Origin: a virus
Taxonomy: Duplodnaviria; Caudoviricetes
Virus record (IMG/VR): IMGVR_UViG_3300033073_001149
Span: 7,247-71,246 of that record
Length of the DNA stretch: 64,000 bases
Direction: 5' to 3' (one strand)
Part shown: positions 28,106 to 36,537 of the stretch, piece by piece
Layout of the letters: every line of letters starts with the position of its first letter
How positions within the stretch are numbered: the stretch's first letter is position 1
The notes under the pieces: model-generated
The model's input: the letters and a program-made list of their open reading frames with translations, nothing else
What the model was told of the DNA's origin: nothing
The model's database searches: none
Program-made: the position numbers and the translations under genes

Positions 28106-28618
28106 TTACATATTTTTTATTCCAAAAATCCATTTTACTATACGGGGAAGTGAATTGATTTTTGCCCTCTCCTCTGTTATTAATTTTATAAAGTCGGACT
28201 TTTGCTCTCTTATATGTCTATTATCAATAGCTAACGCTTTTTGGTTTTGTTCAATTTGTTCCATAATATCACATAATTCTTTCTTAAATACATTGGCTTC
28301 GTCTTTAGTATTTAATATCTTGTACTCATTACGCTCTCTAACCTGAAACTCAATATCACTACGTATAGTGTTTAACGTACTTTCATAGTCAGGCTGTTTG
28401 TAGAAATCACCGCTTGATGATATATAGCCTATTTTTATAGGTCTGCGCTCAAAACCACCACCAAGAAACGAACTCACAATATCTTGTTGTGCTTGCACGT
28501 AAATAACGACATCCTTGCTTGCTAACTCGGACTTTAGCTGCGCATTCTCAGCCTCCATAGGCTTATACTTGTTTTCCCAAACTGAAAATGGGATTGATAT
28601 AAATTTCTCGTCGCTCAT
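28106..28618 (-). CDS. Coiled-coil hypothetical protein (170 aa)
   Basis: Heptad-rich ORF. Confidence 0.55.
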   Translation of the reverse strand: MSDEKFISIPFSVWENKYKPMEAENAQLKSELASKDVVIYVQAQQDIVSSFLGGGFERRPIKIGYISSSGDFYKQPDYESTLNTIRSDIEFQVRERNEYKILNTKDEANVFKKELCDIMEQIEQNQKALAIDNRHIREQKSDFIKLITEERAKINSLPRIVKWIFGIKNM

Positions 28619-28637
28619 AGTCTATTCTATATTAAGG

Positions 28638-28826
28638 TTACTTACCACCCCAACTTTTATTTCTTGGTGGATATATAGTTTCGTTATTATTTGGCGGCTG
28701 CCCTGTCAAACTACTAATTATGCGCTTGCCATTACAAACAGGACAAGTCGGAGTTGCTGAAGTAGACAGCCTATTAGCTTGGTCTATACCTGTTCCTCCA
28801 CAGGCGGGGCATTTTTGAAAGCTCAT
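28638..28826 (-). CDS. Small DnaJ-type CxxCxGxG zinc-finger protein (62 aa)
   Basis: CPACGGTG and CPVCNGKR. Confidence 0.65.
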   Translation of the reverse strand: MSFQKCPACGGTGIDQANRLSTSATPTCPVCNGKRIISSLTGQPPNNNETIYPPRNKSWGGK

Positions 28827-28841
28827 TTTTTCTATTTTTAG

Positions 28842-29123
28842 TTAGGCTACTGCCCTGTTGTTAATACGTTTATTAATATTTCTATCCCAATCAGGTATTA
28901 CGGGCTTAGATTGCTGCTCCATAGTTTTGTTGATTAAGAGTTTTGCAGCATCTTGATTGCCCGTATAGTCAAAATAAGACCACAACTCACTTAAAGTCAT
29001 ATCCTCTACCTTTTTATCGGTATGAACACCCTCTACTTTTAATTCAAAAGAACCTGCTTCCATATCTAAAAAGTTTACTGCAATAATACAATATATAATT
29101 GATATGAACAAATAATTATCCAA
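28842..29123 (-). CDS. Hypothetical protein (up to 93 aa)
   Basis: ORF; start uncertain. Confidence 0.45.
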   Translation of the reverse strand: MDNYLFISIIYCIIAVNFLDMEAGSFELKVEGVHTDKKVEDMTLSELWSYFDYTGNQDAAKLLINKTMEQQSKPVIPDWDRNINKRINNRAVA

Positions 29124-29325
29124 GTACTATTGATTTAACCCCAACAGCATCGCAATACTTTATAAAGCTACCTGCTGTCCAATCCCTTTTGCCGTCCTCA
29201 ATATACCGTATCTGCATACGAGTTAGCCCTGATAATTTAGCAAACGCTGTCTTGTCTAAGCCCATAGCCTCTCGCTTGGCTTTTAATTTCTGCCCTATGT
29301 ATTCTCTTGTCATATATAAAAGCAA
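29116..29325 (-). CDS. XRE HTH regulator (69 aa)
   Basis: LKAKREAMGLDKTAFAKLSGLTRMQIRYIEDGK; TATCTTTG box just upstream on minus. Confidence 0.8.
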   Translation of the reverse strand: MLLYMTREYIGQKLKAKREAMGLDKTAFAKLSGLTRMQIRYIEDGKRDWTAGSFIKYCDAVGVKSIVLG

Positions 29326-29452
29326 AGATATAACTTATTTTAACACGAACAAATATTTATTCAGCCTGTTTTTCAACACCCCTACTACCAAGCCTTTCAA
29401 GAACGGGGTATCGAAATTTACGGGGGTTAGACAAATCAACCCGATGCCAAGC

Positions 29453-29478
29453 TAAACTATTCCAACAAATATAGTTTA
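29453..29478. repeat. 26-bp dyad site 1
   Basis: TAAACTAT-TCCAACAAAT-ATAGTTTA. Confidence 0.7.
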
Positions 29479-29741
29479 CATATAAACCACTTAATCAACC
29501 AAACCCCTACTCTCCCTAACTAAACCACACAAAATACTAACATAATGCAATAAACCCCTGTAAGACACGATAACCCCCTTAAAGCATAAAGACTAACGCC
29601 AAAAGCATTATCTCGCAGCAGGGAGTAGATAAATAGCGTAGAAAAGCAATACATAGAATGAACGCATACTCCGTAAAAGGGGTACGCCTTAGACTAAGCA
29701 AGTTTACAATATAGCTCATCGGTGTTTACTACTAAGTCTAT

Positions 29742-29767
29742 CCCCCCTTTCCCGCAACCCCTGCCCC
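29742..29767 (-). other. G-quadruplex-forming motif
   Basis: Minus strand GGGG-CA-GGGG-TTGC-GGG-AAA-GGGGGG in an AT-rich genome. Confidence 0.55.
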
Positions 29768-29980
29768 GCTTGGCAAGTCAAAAAGCAGCCTCCCGTACCC
29801 CTTAAATATACTTTGCCTTTCTGCTTTACTATCTATGTAGTCCGACGTGTAGGACGTTGTACATGGCAAAGGCTTGGCTGACTAAGACTAAGACTTGATT
29901 AGTAATGGTAAAGCCTTGCTTGCTCCTCTTGCTCTCTTGTTGGTTGGTTAATTGCTGCCTGATAGCCTAAGAATAAGGGG

Positions 29981-30006
29981 TAAACTATGTTAGTTGTATT
30001 AGTTTA
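29981..30006. repeat. 26-bp dyad site 2 (inverted relative to site 1)
   Basis: TAAACTAT-GTTAGTTGTA-TTAGTTTA; its reverse complement matches site 1 at 22/26 positions. Confidence 0.65.
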
Positions 30007-30629
30007 CAGGTAAAAACAAGCATCTATCCGTATAATTATAGTTGGTTTAGTTTTGTGCTGGCTTGTTACGTCTTATCTGTTATAGTATTATAATGGTATT
30101 AAAGCGTATTGTTTTGTTTGGTTCGGGTTCGTTGCTTGCCTTGTTTCAGGCTTTGCCTGTTATCTCTCTCCTCTCTCTTATAACTATTGTTTGATAATCA
30201 GATGTTGTTTAGTTGCCATCTCTTATATTATTAACCTTTGCTTTGTGGTTTGTATTGCCTTGTTGTTTATCGTGGTTTGTGGGATATGTTTTAGGGCTTG
30301 TTATATAGTTGTTTTTAGTGTTGGTTTAATGCTTTGTTTTGCCTCTTATGCTTAATATCTTCTTTTGTTGGTTTGTTACCTCTTAATGTTTGGTGGCGGC
30401 TTGTTGTCAATTTGTGGTTAGATAGTCAATTTTGGGTTATTCTCTTACACGGCTTTTTATCATTGGTTAATTTTTTATTTATAGTATTTACAGGCATTGT
30501 GTTATTTTTCTTGTCAATCTTTGCCTTGTTTCTTACATCTGTAAGGTTTAAATATTTATTGACTTTTGCAGTGTGTTTGGTTGGTTCATCTTTGCCTTAA
30601 CAAATTACAACAACTAATAATCAAACGTT

Positions 30630-31250
30630 ATGAATGTGCTAAATTTTCAATCTTTAATACAGGCAATTACTAAGCGCCCGTTAATAATTAGAACCCAAGA
30701 TGTAGACCTTACTTTAGGTGCTGAATATATTGTAGGCTTGTTGTTGCCAATAACACAACGCCCTGTATATTTTAAATGGAAATGCGCAACCAATGAAGAA
30801 AAGGTTTTAAAATCATTTATTACCGCCTTTTGCACCAAGTATAAGGAACCCAACCCAAGAGCCTACGATTGGAGCGCAAAAACATACGGCGACAAATATT
30901 TATGGGTTAATATGTCAGAAAAGGACAGGGAGTACGCATATATGCATCATAGCAGCAATATGCTTAGTAAGCAAGAGTTAATGAAACAAGTGGAGGCTAA
31001 TTTTCAAAGTGAAGATATAAAAGCGGCGTATCTTAAATATGGCTTTTATTCTACTAATTACGGATTAGGTATTTTTGCCTTGTTTAGCAGCCAAGCAGTT
31101 GACAATGCTATTAATGCCCTAGATAAGTTTTTAACCGATAAGTGCATCCCATTTAGTAATGAATTTAGCGACGCAAGGTGGGTTTATAGGTTTAAATTAA
31201 ACATAAGCAAAGAAGCTCACACAAAAATACTTGCAAACTTTACAGAATAA
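30630..31250 (+). CDS. Hypothetical protein, first gene of the plus-strand early cassette (206 aa)
   Basis: Long ORF; CATCTTTG/-7-like boxes upstream. Confidence 0.65.
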   Translation: MNVLNFQSLIQAITKRPLIIRTQDVDLTLGAEYIVGLLLPITQRPVYFKWKCATNEEKVLKSFITAFCTKYKEPNPRAYDWSAKTYGDKYLWVNMSEKDREYAYMHHSSNMLSKQELMKQVEANFQSEDIKAAYLKYGFYSTNYGLGIFALFSSQAVDNAINALDKFLTDKCIPFSNEFSDARWVYRFKLNISKEAHTKILANFTE

Positions 31251-31282
31251 CACTTTAATCATTAACCCCATAAAATAACAGT

Positions 31283-31594
31283 ATGAAACGCATTAACACA
31301 AAGTTTGTAAAAACCGCATCAGATAATGGTACAGAATTAAAAGTATCAGTATATTTTACCAACGGAGATATTAGGAGCCATAAGGGCTTATATATATCAG
31401 TTGTTCCAGTTGTTCGCGAATATGTAGGCAACATAACAATTGAAAAATCAACTGCTTACTCAGGTATTAAAGAGTGTTTATTACCTATGCCACGTTGGAA
31501 CGAAAAAAGGGCTAACACTTTTGTTGTTCCTGCTGAAACGGAGGCAAAGTTAATAGGCTACGTTTGCGAAAAAAACGACCTTAGACTATGTTAG
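31283..31594 (+). CDS. Hypothetical protein (103 aa)
   Basis: A-rich leader, cassette gene. Confidence 0.6.
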   Translation: MKRINTKFVKTASDNGTELKVSVYFTNGDIRSHKGLYISVVPVVREYVGNITIEKSTAYSGIKECLLPMPRWNEKRANTFVVPAETEAKLIGYVCEKNDLRLC

Positions 31595-31698
31595 TATGCC
31601 CCACCTCCTCCCCTAACCTGTATTTATTGTATTACTACGATAAAGGGCAGTTAAAGCACAGGTATATAAGCCGTTTAGAGTATTTAAACATTAAATAA
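31588..31698 (+). CDS. 36-aa micro-protein, paralogue A1
   Basis: MLVCPTSSPNLYLLYYYDKGQLKHRYISRLEYLNIK; homologue at 33250. Confidence 0.65.
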   Translation: MLVCPTSSPNLYLLYYYDKGQLKHRYISRLEYLNIK

Positions 31699-31706
31699 AT
31701 AATACA

Positions 31707-31970
31707 ATGGAAAGCGACAAAATAGACTTATGTATTTGGTTGAATAACGGATACAGAAACATAAAGCTAACCGATAAAGTGCAAACAGCTAAGGCGGTGT
31801 ATAGTTTTTGTAATAGCAACCGATTAAGGCACGCAGTAGTTAAATCTGGCGGCGGTTGGTACATTATCCAGATGGATGGCACGTTAAAGTTTTGGTGCAA
31901 GGCATTAAAATATGTAACATTTGCCGACTTATACGAAGTGTTAACCTTAAAATCTTATAACAGTAAATAA
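31707..31970 (+). CDS. Hypothetical protein (87 aa)
   Basis: Cassette gene. Confidence 0.55.
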   Translation: MESDKIDLCIWLNNGYRNIKLTDKVQTAKAVYSFCNSNRLRHAVVKSGGGWYIIQMDGTLKFWCKALKYVTFADLYEVLTLKSYNSK

Positions 31971-31995
31971 CTAACCCCCTATTAATAATAAAGCT

Positions 31996-32184
31996 ATGAA
32001 TAACGCAGCAGTAAAAACAGGCTACCAACGTAAAACAAAGGACGTTTATTTCATTATGTGGAACGGTGAAGAAATAGACCAAGCCGAGACAAGGCAAGAA
32101 TCCCGATACTTAGTAAAGGAGTACAATATATCCTTTAAAGGCGGATGCAGTATTAAAACCAAGCGAGTAAAAATAAACAATTAA
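31996..32184 (+). CDS. Hypothetical protein (62 aa)
   Basis: Cassette gene. Confidence 0.55.
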   Translation: MNNAAVKTGYQRKTKDVYFIMWNGEEIDQAETRQESRYLVKEYNISFKGGCSIKTKRVKINN

Positions 32185-32196
32185 AAAAAAACAGCC

Positions 32197-32475
32197 ATGC
32201 AAAACACAGTAAATAATACCCGAAACACTTTTTTTATTAATGACTATGATAGGATTTTCACCGTCCGGTTAGCTTGAGATATTGCACAACCTTTTGTTTG
32301 CGGAACATTAACAGAGGTGGTTAAATATGCCCTGACAGCTAAAAACGGTATAGAATACTTTGCAGAGATTGAAGGAGGCAAATTAAGGAAGTTACCAAAA
32401 AAACTGCTAAAAAGCTTACTGTCTTACGGCGAGGAAAATCAAAAACTATCAGCCCAATTATTTAAACGTTATTAA
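32197..32475 (+). pseudogene. 92-codon gene interrupted by a single in-frame TGA
   Basis: ATG 32197; TGA at 32275-77; the same frame stays open to TAA 32473-75 (...FTVRLA*DIAQPFVCGTL...). Confidence 0.6.
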
Positions 32476-32505
32476 TCAAATCAAAACCATATAAAAAACA
32501 ATATT

Positions 32506-32964
32506 ATGAACATTGAAAAACTATATTCTCAAATAGAGAAAGAAACAGCAGCAGCGCACCCAAAAACAACCACCAATTGCCGAGTATTTAACGAGCGTGT
32601 AAACGCTTATATATTGGCTGCAATAGATAGCGAAGGCTACGACTTAGAGAAACAGCCAAAAACAGATAAGGAGAAACTGCAATTTCTTGCCGATACTTTT
32701 AAGGCGGAGTTTATGCACGATAATACTTTACGCTATTATGGCACGTATCAAAATTGCTTTGCTAATTGGCTTATGGGCTTACCGTCGTGTTTTAACATTG
32801 CCTTTGAGAATTACCGCATTATTGAGATCGCGAAAGAATGGGGTACATTGCCACAGGATGCCGACGATAAGCAAGAGGACAAGGTGCTTGATAATTGGTT
32901 TGCCCTTATAGCCCTTAAAGCTATGCGCCTATGCCAAGCTAATGATATAAGCCTATTTAACTAA
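32506..32964 (+). CDS. Hypothetical protein (152 aa)
   Basis: Cassette gene. Confidence 0.65.
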   Translation: MNIEKLYSQIEKETAAAHPKTTTNCRVFNERVNAYILAAIDSEGYDLEKQPKTDKEKLQFLADTFKAEFMHDNTLRYYGTYQNCFANWLMGLPSCFNIAFENYRIIEIAKEWGTLPQDADDKQEDKVLDNWFALIALKAMRLCQANDISLFN

Positions 32965-33021
32965 AACACAACCAACCAACAGCCCCGAAAGGTAACTAGT
33001 AGGGGCTATAAAAACAGAGCT

Positions 33022-33246
33022 ATGAAAGCAACTACAGAAAATAAGATACACGGCAGCACCCGATTTATAAACCATCTATTGTACGTTATTAAAACATCCC
33101 AAACAAGGGAAGAGTTAAACACAAATGTGCGGGCCTTGTTTAATGTATTTGTCGACTCTGATGCATTTATATATGGTTTTGGTGGTTCGCATATGTGGGT
33201 AGCAAATAAAGAAGGAGGAGAGCGCATAATCTTTGTAGAGCTATAA
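33022..33246 (+). CDS. Hypothetical protein (74 aa)
   Basis: Cassette gene preceded by an AGCCCC/GGGGCT hairpin (32981-33007). Confidence 0.55.
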   Translation: MKATTENKIHGSTRFINHLLYVIKTSQTREELNTNVRALFNVFVDSDAFIYGFGGSHMWVANKEGGERIIFVEL

Positions 33247-33249
33247 AAT

Positions 33250-33366
33250 ATGGTAACTATCACAGCCACAGCAAGCCCAAATCTGTACCTATTATATTAT
33301 TATGATATGGGAGTATTGAAGCACAGGTACATAAGCAAACTAGAGTATTTAAATCTTAAAAAATAA
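33250..33366 (+). CDS. 38-aa micro-protein, paralogue A2
   Basis: MVTITATASPNLYLLYYYDMGVLKHRYISKLEYLNLKK. Confidence 0.65.
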   Translation: MVTITATASPNLYLLYYYDMGVLKHRYISKLEYLNLKK

Positions 33367-33372
33367 AAGAAC

Positions 33373-33564
33373 ATGGAAACGATTGGAACGTATTTAAATG
33401 TAGGCCAAACGGTCTACAGGGTAAAGGATGAAAAAGGGAACAGTGATATAATTTGTATAGCTGTCTCCGATGGCATCGCTGAATTAATAGCTAATAAATT
33501 TAATGGTAACGGGCCTATTGTCTTAGGCGGTATACCTGATGAAAAACTACACACAAACAAGTAA
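33373..33564 (+). CDS. Hypothetical protein (63 aa)
   Basis: Cassette gene. Confidence 0.5.
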   Translation: METIGTYLNVGQTVYRVKDEKGNSDIICIAVSDGIAELIANKFNGNGPIVLGGIPDEKLHTNK

Positions 33565-33600
33565 AAGAGAAAGAACCAAATTAAAACAATAAAAAGAGCC

Positions 33601-33807
33601 ATGAAAATTCAAAGCATTGAAAAACTAAACGATAACAGCCTAAGCGAATTAGCCGACATGTTGGCTACTATTATAGGGCTAATTGAAAGGGACTATTTGC
33701 ACGTATCCGATAGCCTTCCAACATCTTATATCTCCGGCACAAACAAGCTACTTGAGCAGGTATATAAGGAACAGGAGAAACGGGAAGATGAAGAATATAA
33801 TTATTAA
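33601..33807 (+). CDS. Hypothetical acidic protein (68 aa)
   Basis: Cassette gene. Confidence 0.5.
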   Translation: MKIQSIEKLNDNSLSELADMLATIIGLIERDYLHVSDSLPTSYISGTNKLLEQVYKEQEKREDEEYNY

Positions 33808-33830
33808 CCAACCAATAAAAAACACACACC

Positions 33831-34304
33831 ATGCAAACAATAGCAGAAATAAAAGCAGCAGTATCAAAATTAGAGCGCATAATAATATATTTAGAAACCC
33901 GCTCATTTGCAGTATTATTAACAGAGGAACAACAAGCCGAGCTTGAAACAGCCAAAAAGGAACTGGATATATTAGAGAAAAAACAAAGGCTTGAAGAACT
34001 AAGGAAAGAACTACAAGACGGGCAATTAAGCTATGGCGAATTAGCCGAATTACAAAGCCTTGCACCCTATATAGAGAAAGGCGACGTTGAATTATTAGAG
34101 GCGGCAGGAGTCCCAGAGTTTGAAGAGGACGAAACAGCGGAGGAGCAGCCCGAAACTTACTATTATTATATTGATTATCTAAACGCCGAGAAAAACCACA
34201 CAAAAGATAGGGTTAATTTCAGCACCTATGAAGAAGCCAAAGAATGGGGGCGGGCAAATATTGAATATTTCCATTCTGATATGGTAATAATAAACCCAAA
34301 CTAA
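33831..34304 (+). CDS. Very acidic hypothetical protein (157 aa)
   Basis: Glu-rich helical ORF. Confidence 0.6.
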   Translation: MQTIAEIKAAVSKLERIIIYLETRSFAVLLTEEQQAELETAKKELDILEKKQRLEELRKELQDGQLSYGELAELQSLAPYIEKGDVELLEAAGVPEFEEDETAEEQPETYYYYIDYLNAEKNHTKDRVNFSTYEEAKEWGRANIEYFHSDMVIINPN

Positions 34305-34327
34305 CAACCCCTAAATAAATAGAAACG

Positions 34328-34606
34328 ATGAAAATAACAGCATTAAAGTACCAAAGAAACGGCATAAGCGGAGAGCCATTCTATCATTGTGCCTATACCG
34401 ATACACACGGCAGTTTTATTGCCACATTTACAACAGATAGCCAAGATTGCAAGGTTAAAACAACAACTTGCAGGGCTGTTAATATTGATGACTTGCAGTC
34501 CGCTTGGAGAGGCGACCATATAGGCGGAGAATTGCAGTCGGAACTTAGCAGGCTTATGGTAGCTAAAGGCATAGATAATATTTATGATATATCTAAAACT
34601 ATCTAA
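34328..34606 (+). CDS. Hypothetical protein (92 aa)
   Basis: Cassette gene. Confidence 0.55.
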   Translation: MKITALKYQRNGISGEPFYHCAYTDTHGSFIATFTTDSQDCKVKTTTCRAVNIDDLQSAWRGDHIGGELQSELSRLMVAKGIDNIYDISKTI

Positions 34607-34608
34607 TT

Positions 34609-34770
34609 ATGCTCTACTCAGACCTAAATTACACAGCACAGAAACAGGCAGAGCTAAACATCTTAGCCCGTTTTAATAACGATGAGGCAATGTTAGCCGA
34701 GGTGATACAAAGTAATTTTTTCCTGTTCGATATGGACGGAAATATTATAGAAGAAAACGACAATTATTAA
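34609..34770 (+). CDS. 53-aa acidic micro-protein, paralogue B1
   Basis: MLYSDLNYTAQKQAELNILARFNNDEAMLAEVIQSNFFLFDMDGNIIEENDNY. Confidence 0.7.
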   Translation: MLYSDLNYTAQKQAELNILARFNNDEAMLAEVIQSNFFLFDMDGNIIEENDNY

Positions 34771-34789
34771 CATTTAAAAACATAAGACA

Positions 34790-35116
34790 ATGAATAAAGC
34801 GCACGAAACAGCACAGGAATTAAACAAACCCTATGCCGACCTTTACGGGGATAGCTTAGCCCTATTTGTTCAACTGCCGCCAACCGCCACCCTAAATGAT
34901 ATTATACAGGTTGTAAACAGTAACAATATTATTGGTTACACCCATAAAATAATGGTTGGCAATAAGTGTGTAATAGCTAAAAGGAAATATACATACTTAG
35001 GCAAAAGGTCTATTAAAACTCAATATTGCCATATCTATCACGTAACAAGCTTTGAAAATCCAAGGGTATTGACTCATTGGAAAGAAACAAGCGAAGGTAA
35101 TTTTAAAACAGTTTAA
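34790..35116 (+). CDS. Hypothetical protein (108 aa)
   Basis: Cassette gene. Confidence 0.55.
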   Translation: MNKAHETAQELNKPYADLYGDSLALFVQLPPTATLNDIIQVVNSNNIIGYTHKIMVGNKCVIAKRKYTYLGKRSIKTQYCHIYHVTSFENPRVLTHWKETSEGNFKTV

Positions 35117-35128
35117 AACAGCAGACAA

Positions 35129-35323
35129 ATGACAAACTATATTAAATTAGGCGAGGTAATTGCCGCAAGACAAGAATACACCGACGAGGAACTGGCACAA
35201 ATAGCCCTTAACAACCTCAACAATGCGCACGTAGGCAAAACCGTCTTACCCCTTGATGATATAGAGGTAAACGCAAAGAACGTGCAGGAAATGAGCGAAA
35301 AACTAACAATCCGTACCCTATGA
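35129..35323 (+). CDS. Hypothetical protein (64 aa)
   Basis: Cassette gene. Confidence 0.5.
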   Translation: MTNYIKLGEVIAARQEYTDEELAQIALNNLNNAHVGKTVLPLDDIEVNAKNVQEMSEKLTIRTL

Positions 35324-35439
35324 AACGCTACCTAATTTTAACCTCAGAGGGCTACCGTATTGTAAAGGGTAGCTGTGTATGGGTGGCGATTTCTACTCTT
35401 ACTACACCGATTATATCAATCCAAACTTTAAACTATTAA
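35320..35439 (+). CDS. 39-aa micro-protein
   Basis: ATGA-coupled; MKRYLILTSEGYRIVKGSCVWVAISTLTTPIISIQTLNY. Confidence 0.4.
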   Translation: MKRYLILTSEGYRIVKGSCVWVAISTLTTPIISIQTLNY

Positions 35440-35443
35440 GACA

Positions 35444-35617
35444 ATGAAACTACCAGAATTAAGTATTGCCGACTTAGTGGCCGTTAAAAACGAATTATCA
35501 GGCTACATAAAACAATATCGAAGGGATTTCTTTTATAAAATGGCAGAAGAAACACTGCCAAAGTTGATGGCTGTTGAAGAAGAAATAAACAAACGTTTAA
35601 ACTCAATTAAATATTAA
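35444..35617 (+). CDS. 57-aa helical protein
   Basis: MKLPELSIADLVAVKNELSGY...; below the ORF-track size cutoff. Confidence 0.5.
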   Translation: MKLPELSIADLVAVKNELSGYIKQYRRDFFYKMAEETLPKLMAVEEEINKRLNSIKY

Positions 35618-35635
35618 CCCCCTAACATAAAGAAG

Positions 35636-35815
35636 ATGAAGCTATTTGAACTAATCAGCAGGGGCGTTAATTGGTCTATGTATAACCCGATTGGTAGGCT
35701 TATGATTGCAGAGGTTTACAAAGATAAATTTGGCAAAGAACTAATGATGCAAAGCCCAACAGAAATTTACAAGGCTTTTTTTGAGTTAGAAAAACTACTA
35801 AACACACCCGAATAA
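35636..35815 (+). CDS. 59-aa protein
   Basis: MKLFELISRGVNWSMYNPIG...LEKLLNTPE. Confidence 0.5.
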   Translation: MKLFELISRGVNWSMYNPIGRLMIAEVYKDKFGKELMMQSPTEIYKAFFELEKLLNTPE

Positions 35816-35817
35816 CC

Positions 35818-35976
35818 ATGCTCTACTCAGACCTCAACTACGCAGCTAAAAAACAAGCTGAACTAAACGTCCTTAATATCTGTGGCGATGAAAAAACAAT
35901 GGCTGAAATATTAGCCTCTGACTTTTACCTCTTTGATATGGACGGGGAAATAATCGAAGAAAATGATAACTACTAA
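35818..35976 (+). CDS. 52-aa acidic micro-protein, paralogue B2
   Basis: MLYSDLNYAAKKQAELNVLNICGDEKTMAEILASDFYLFDMDGEIIEENDNY. Confidence 0.7.
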   Translation: MLYSDLNYAAKKQAELNVLNICGDEKTMAEILASDFYLFDMDGEIIEENDNY

Positions 35977-35987
35977 AACTTGAAACA

Positions 35988-36209
35988 ATGGAACTTAAAA
36001 ACATAACATTTGAAACTGAGGGAGATGTTAACGTATCTCCACTAAATTACCACAAAGTAACTGTTAGTGCTGATAATGCCAATGGAACTGAAATATTAGA
36101 CCATTTTAAAGTATCTGATATATTAGAACACTTTGCCGATAGTGCAATACTTGATGAAATAGGAATAGACCGAGTAAAGCAATATTTTGACTTAACAGAC
36201 AACAACTAA
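35988..36209 (+). CDS. Acidic hypothetical protein (73 aa)
   Basis: Cassette gene. Confidence 0.55.
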   Translation: MELKNITFETEGDVNVSPLNYHKVTVSADNANGTEILDHFKVSDILEHFADSAILDEIGIDRVKQYFDLTDNN

Positions 36210-36220
36210 ATAATAAAACT

Positions 36221-36454
36221 ATGACACTATTAGAAATTGAAATGGACGCTACCACTTGCGACCTTCTCGTAACAGATTATACCTTTATTTTTTGGTGCTT
36301 TTGTTTTAATAAAAAGAACAAAGCCAAGATTAACAAATTAGCAAGGGAGTTAAACATATACCCACGTCCTGTTAGCGTTTACCACGCAGTATTAGGGTAT
36401 CTATTTGAGGGAACTGCAATAACCCCCTATTCATACCAACCAATATGCGCCTAA
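36221..36454 (+). CDS. Hypothetical protein (77 aa)
   Basis: Cassette gene. Confidence 0.5.
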   Translation: MTLLEIEMDATTCDLLVTDYTFIFWCFCFNKKNKAKINKLARELNIYPRPVSVYHAVLGYLFEGTAITPYSYQPICA

Positions 36455-36537
36455 TAGCCCTTCTCTCAATAACCATTCCAACCCTATACCTTATACTGGG
36501 GTTTATTATTAATGTTGCTAAAAAAATAAAGAAATGA
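36445..36537 (+). CDS. 30-aa single-TM peptide
   Basis: MRLIALLSITIPTLYLILGFIINVAKKIKK; its stop overlaps the next ATG. Confidence 0.4.
   Translation: MRLIALLSITIPTLYLILGFIINVAKKIKK

Noticed and set aside
30334-30600. 88-aa hydrophobic plus-strand ORF in the track
   Set aside because: A by-product of the T/G-rich low-complexity leader (Phe/Leu/Val codons); non-ATG start and no typical A-rich leader.
29326-30629. CRISPR or TIGR-like array in the long intergenic region
   Set aside because: No regularly spaced direct repeats, only short GACTAA and low-complexity repeats; no cas or Nop-domain gene recognised.
31878-31887. 10-nt match (GGCACGTTAA) to sequence at the TnpB 3' end (43480-89), as a possible self-target
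   Set aside because: A 10-mer match is expected by chance in 64 kb on two strands, and it does not extend.
32981-33007. AGCCCC/GGGGCT hairpin as a terminator
   Set aside because: No U-tract on the coding strand; at most a stability or processing hairpin.
33671-34203. Minus-strand ORFs over the early cassette, and similar antisense ORFs throughout the structural genes
   Set aside because: Shadow frames of well-formed genes on the opposite strand; no independent signals.
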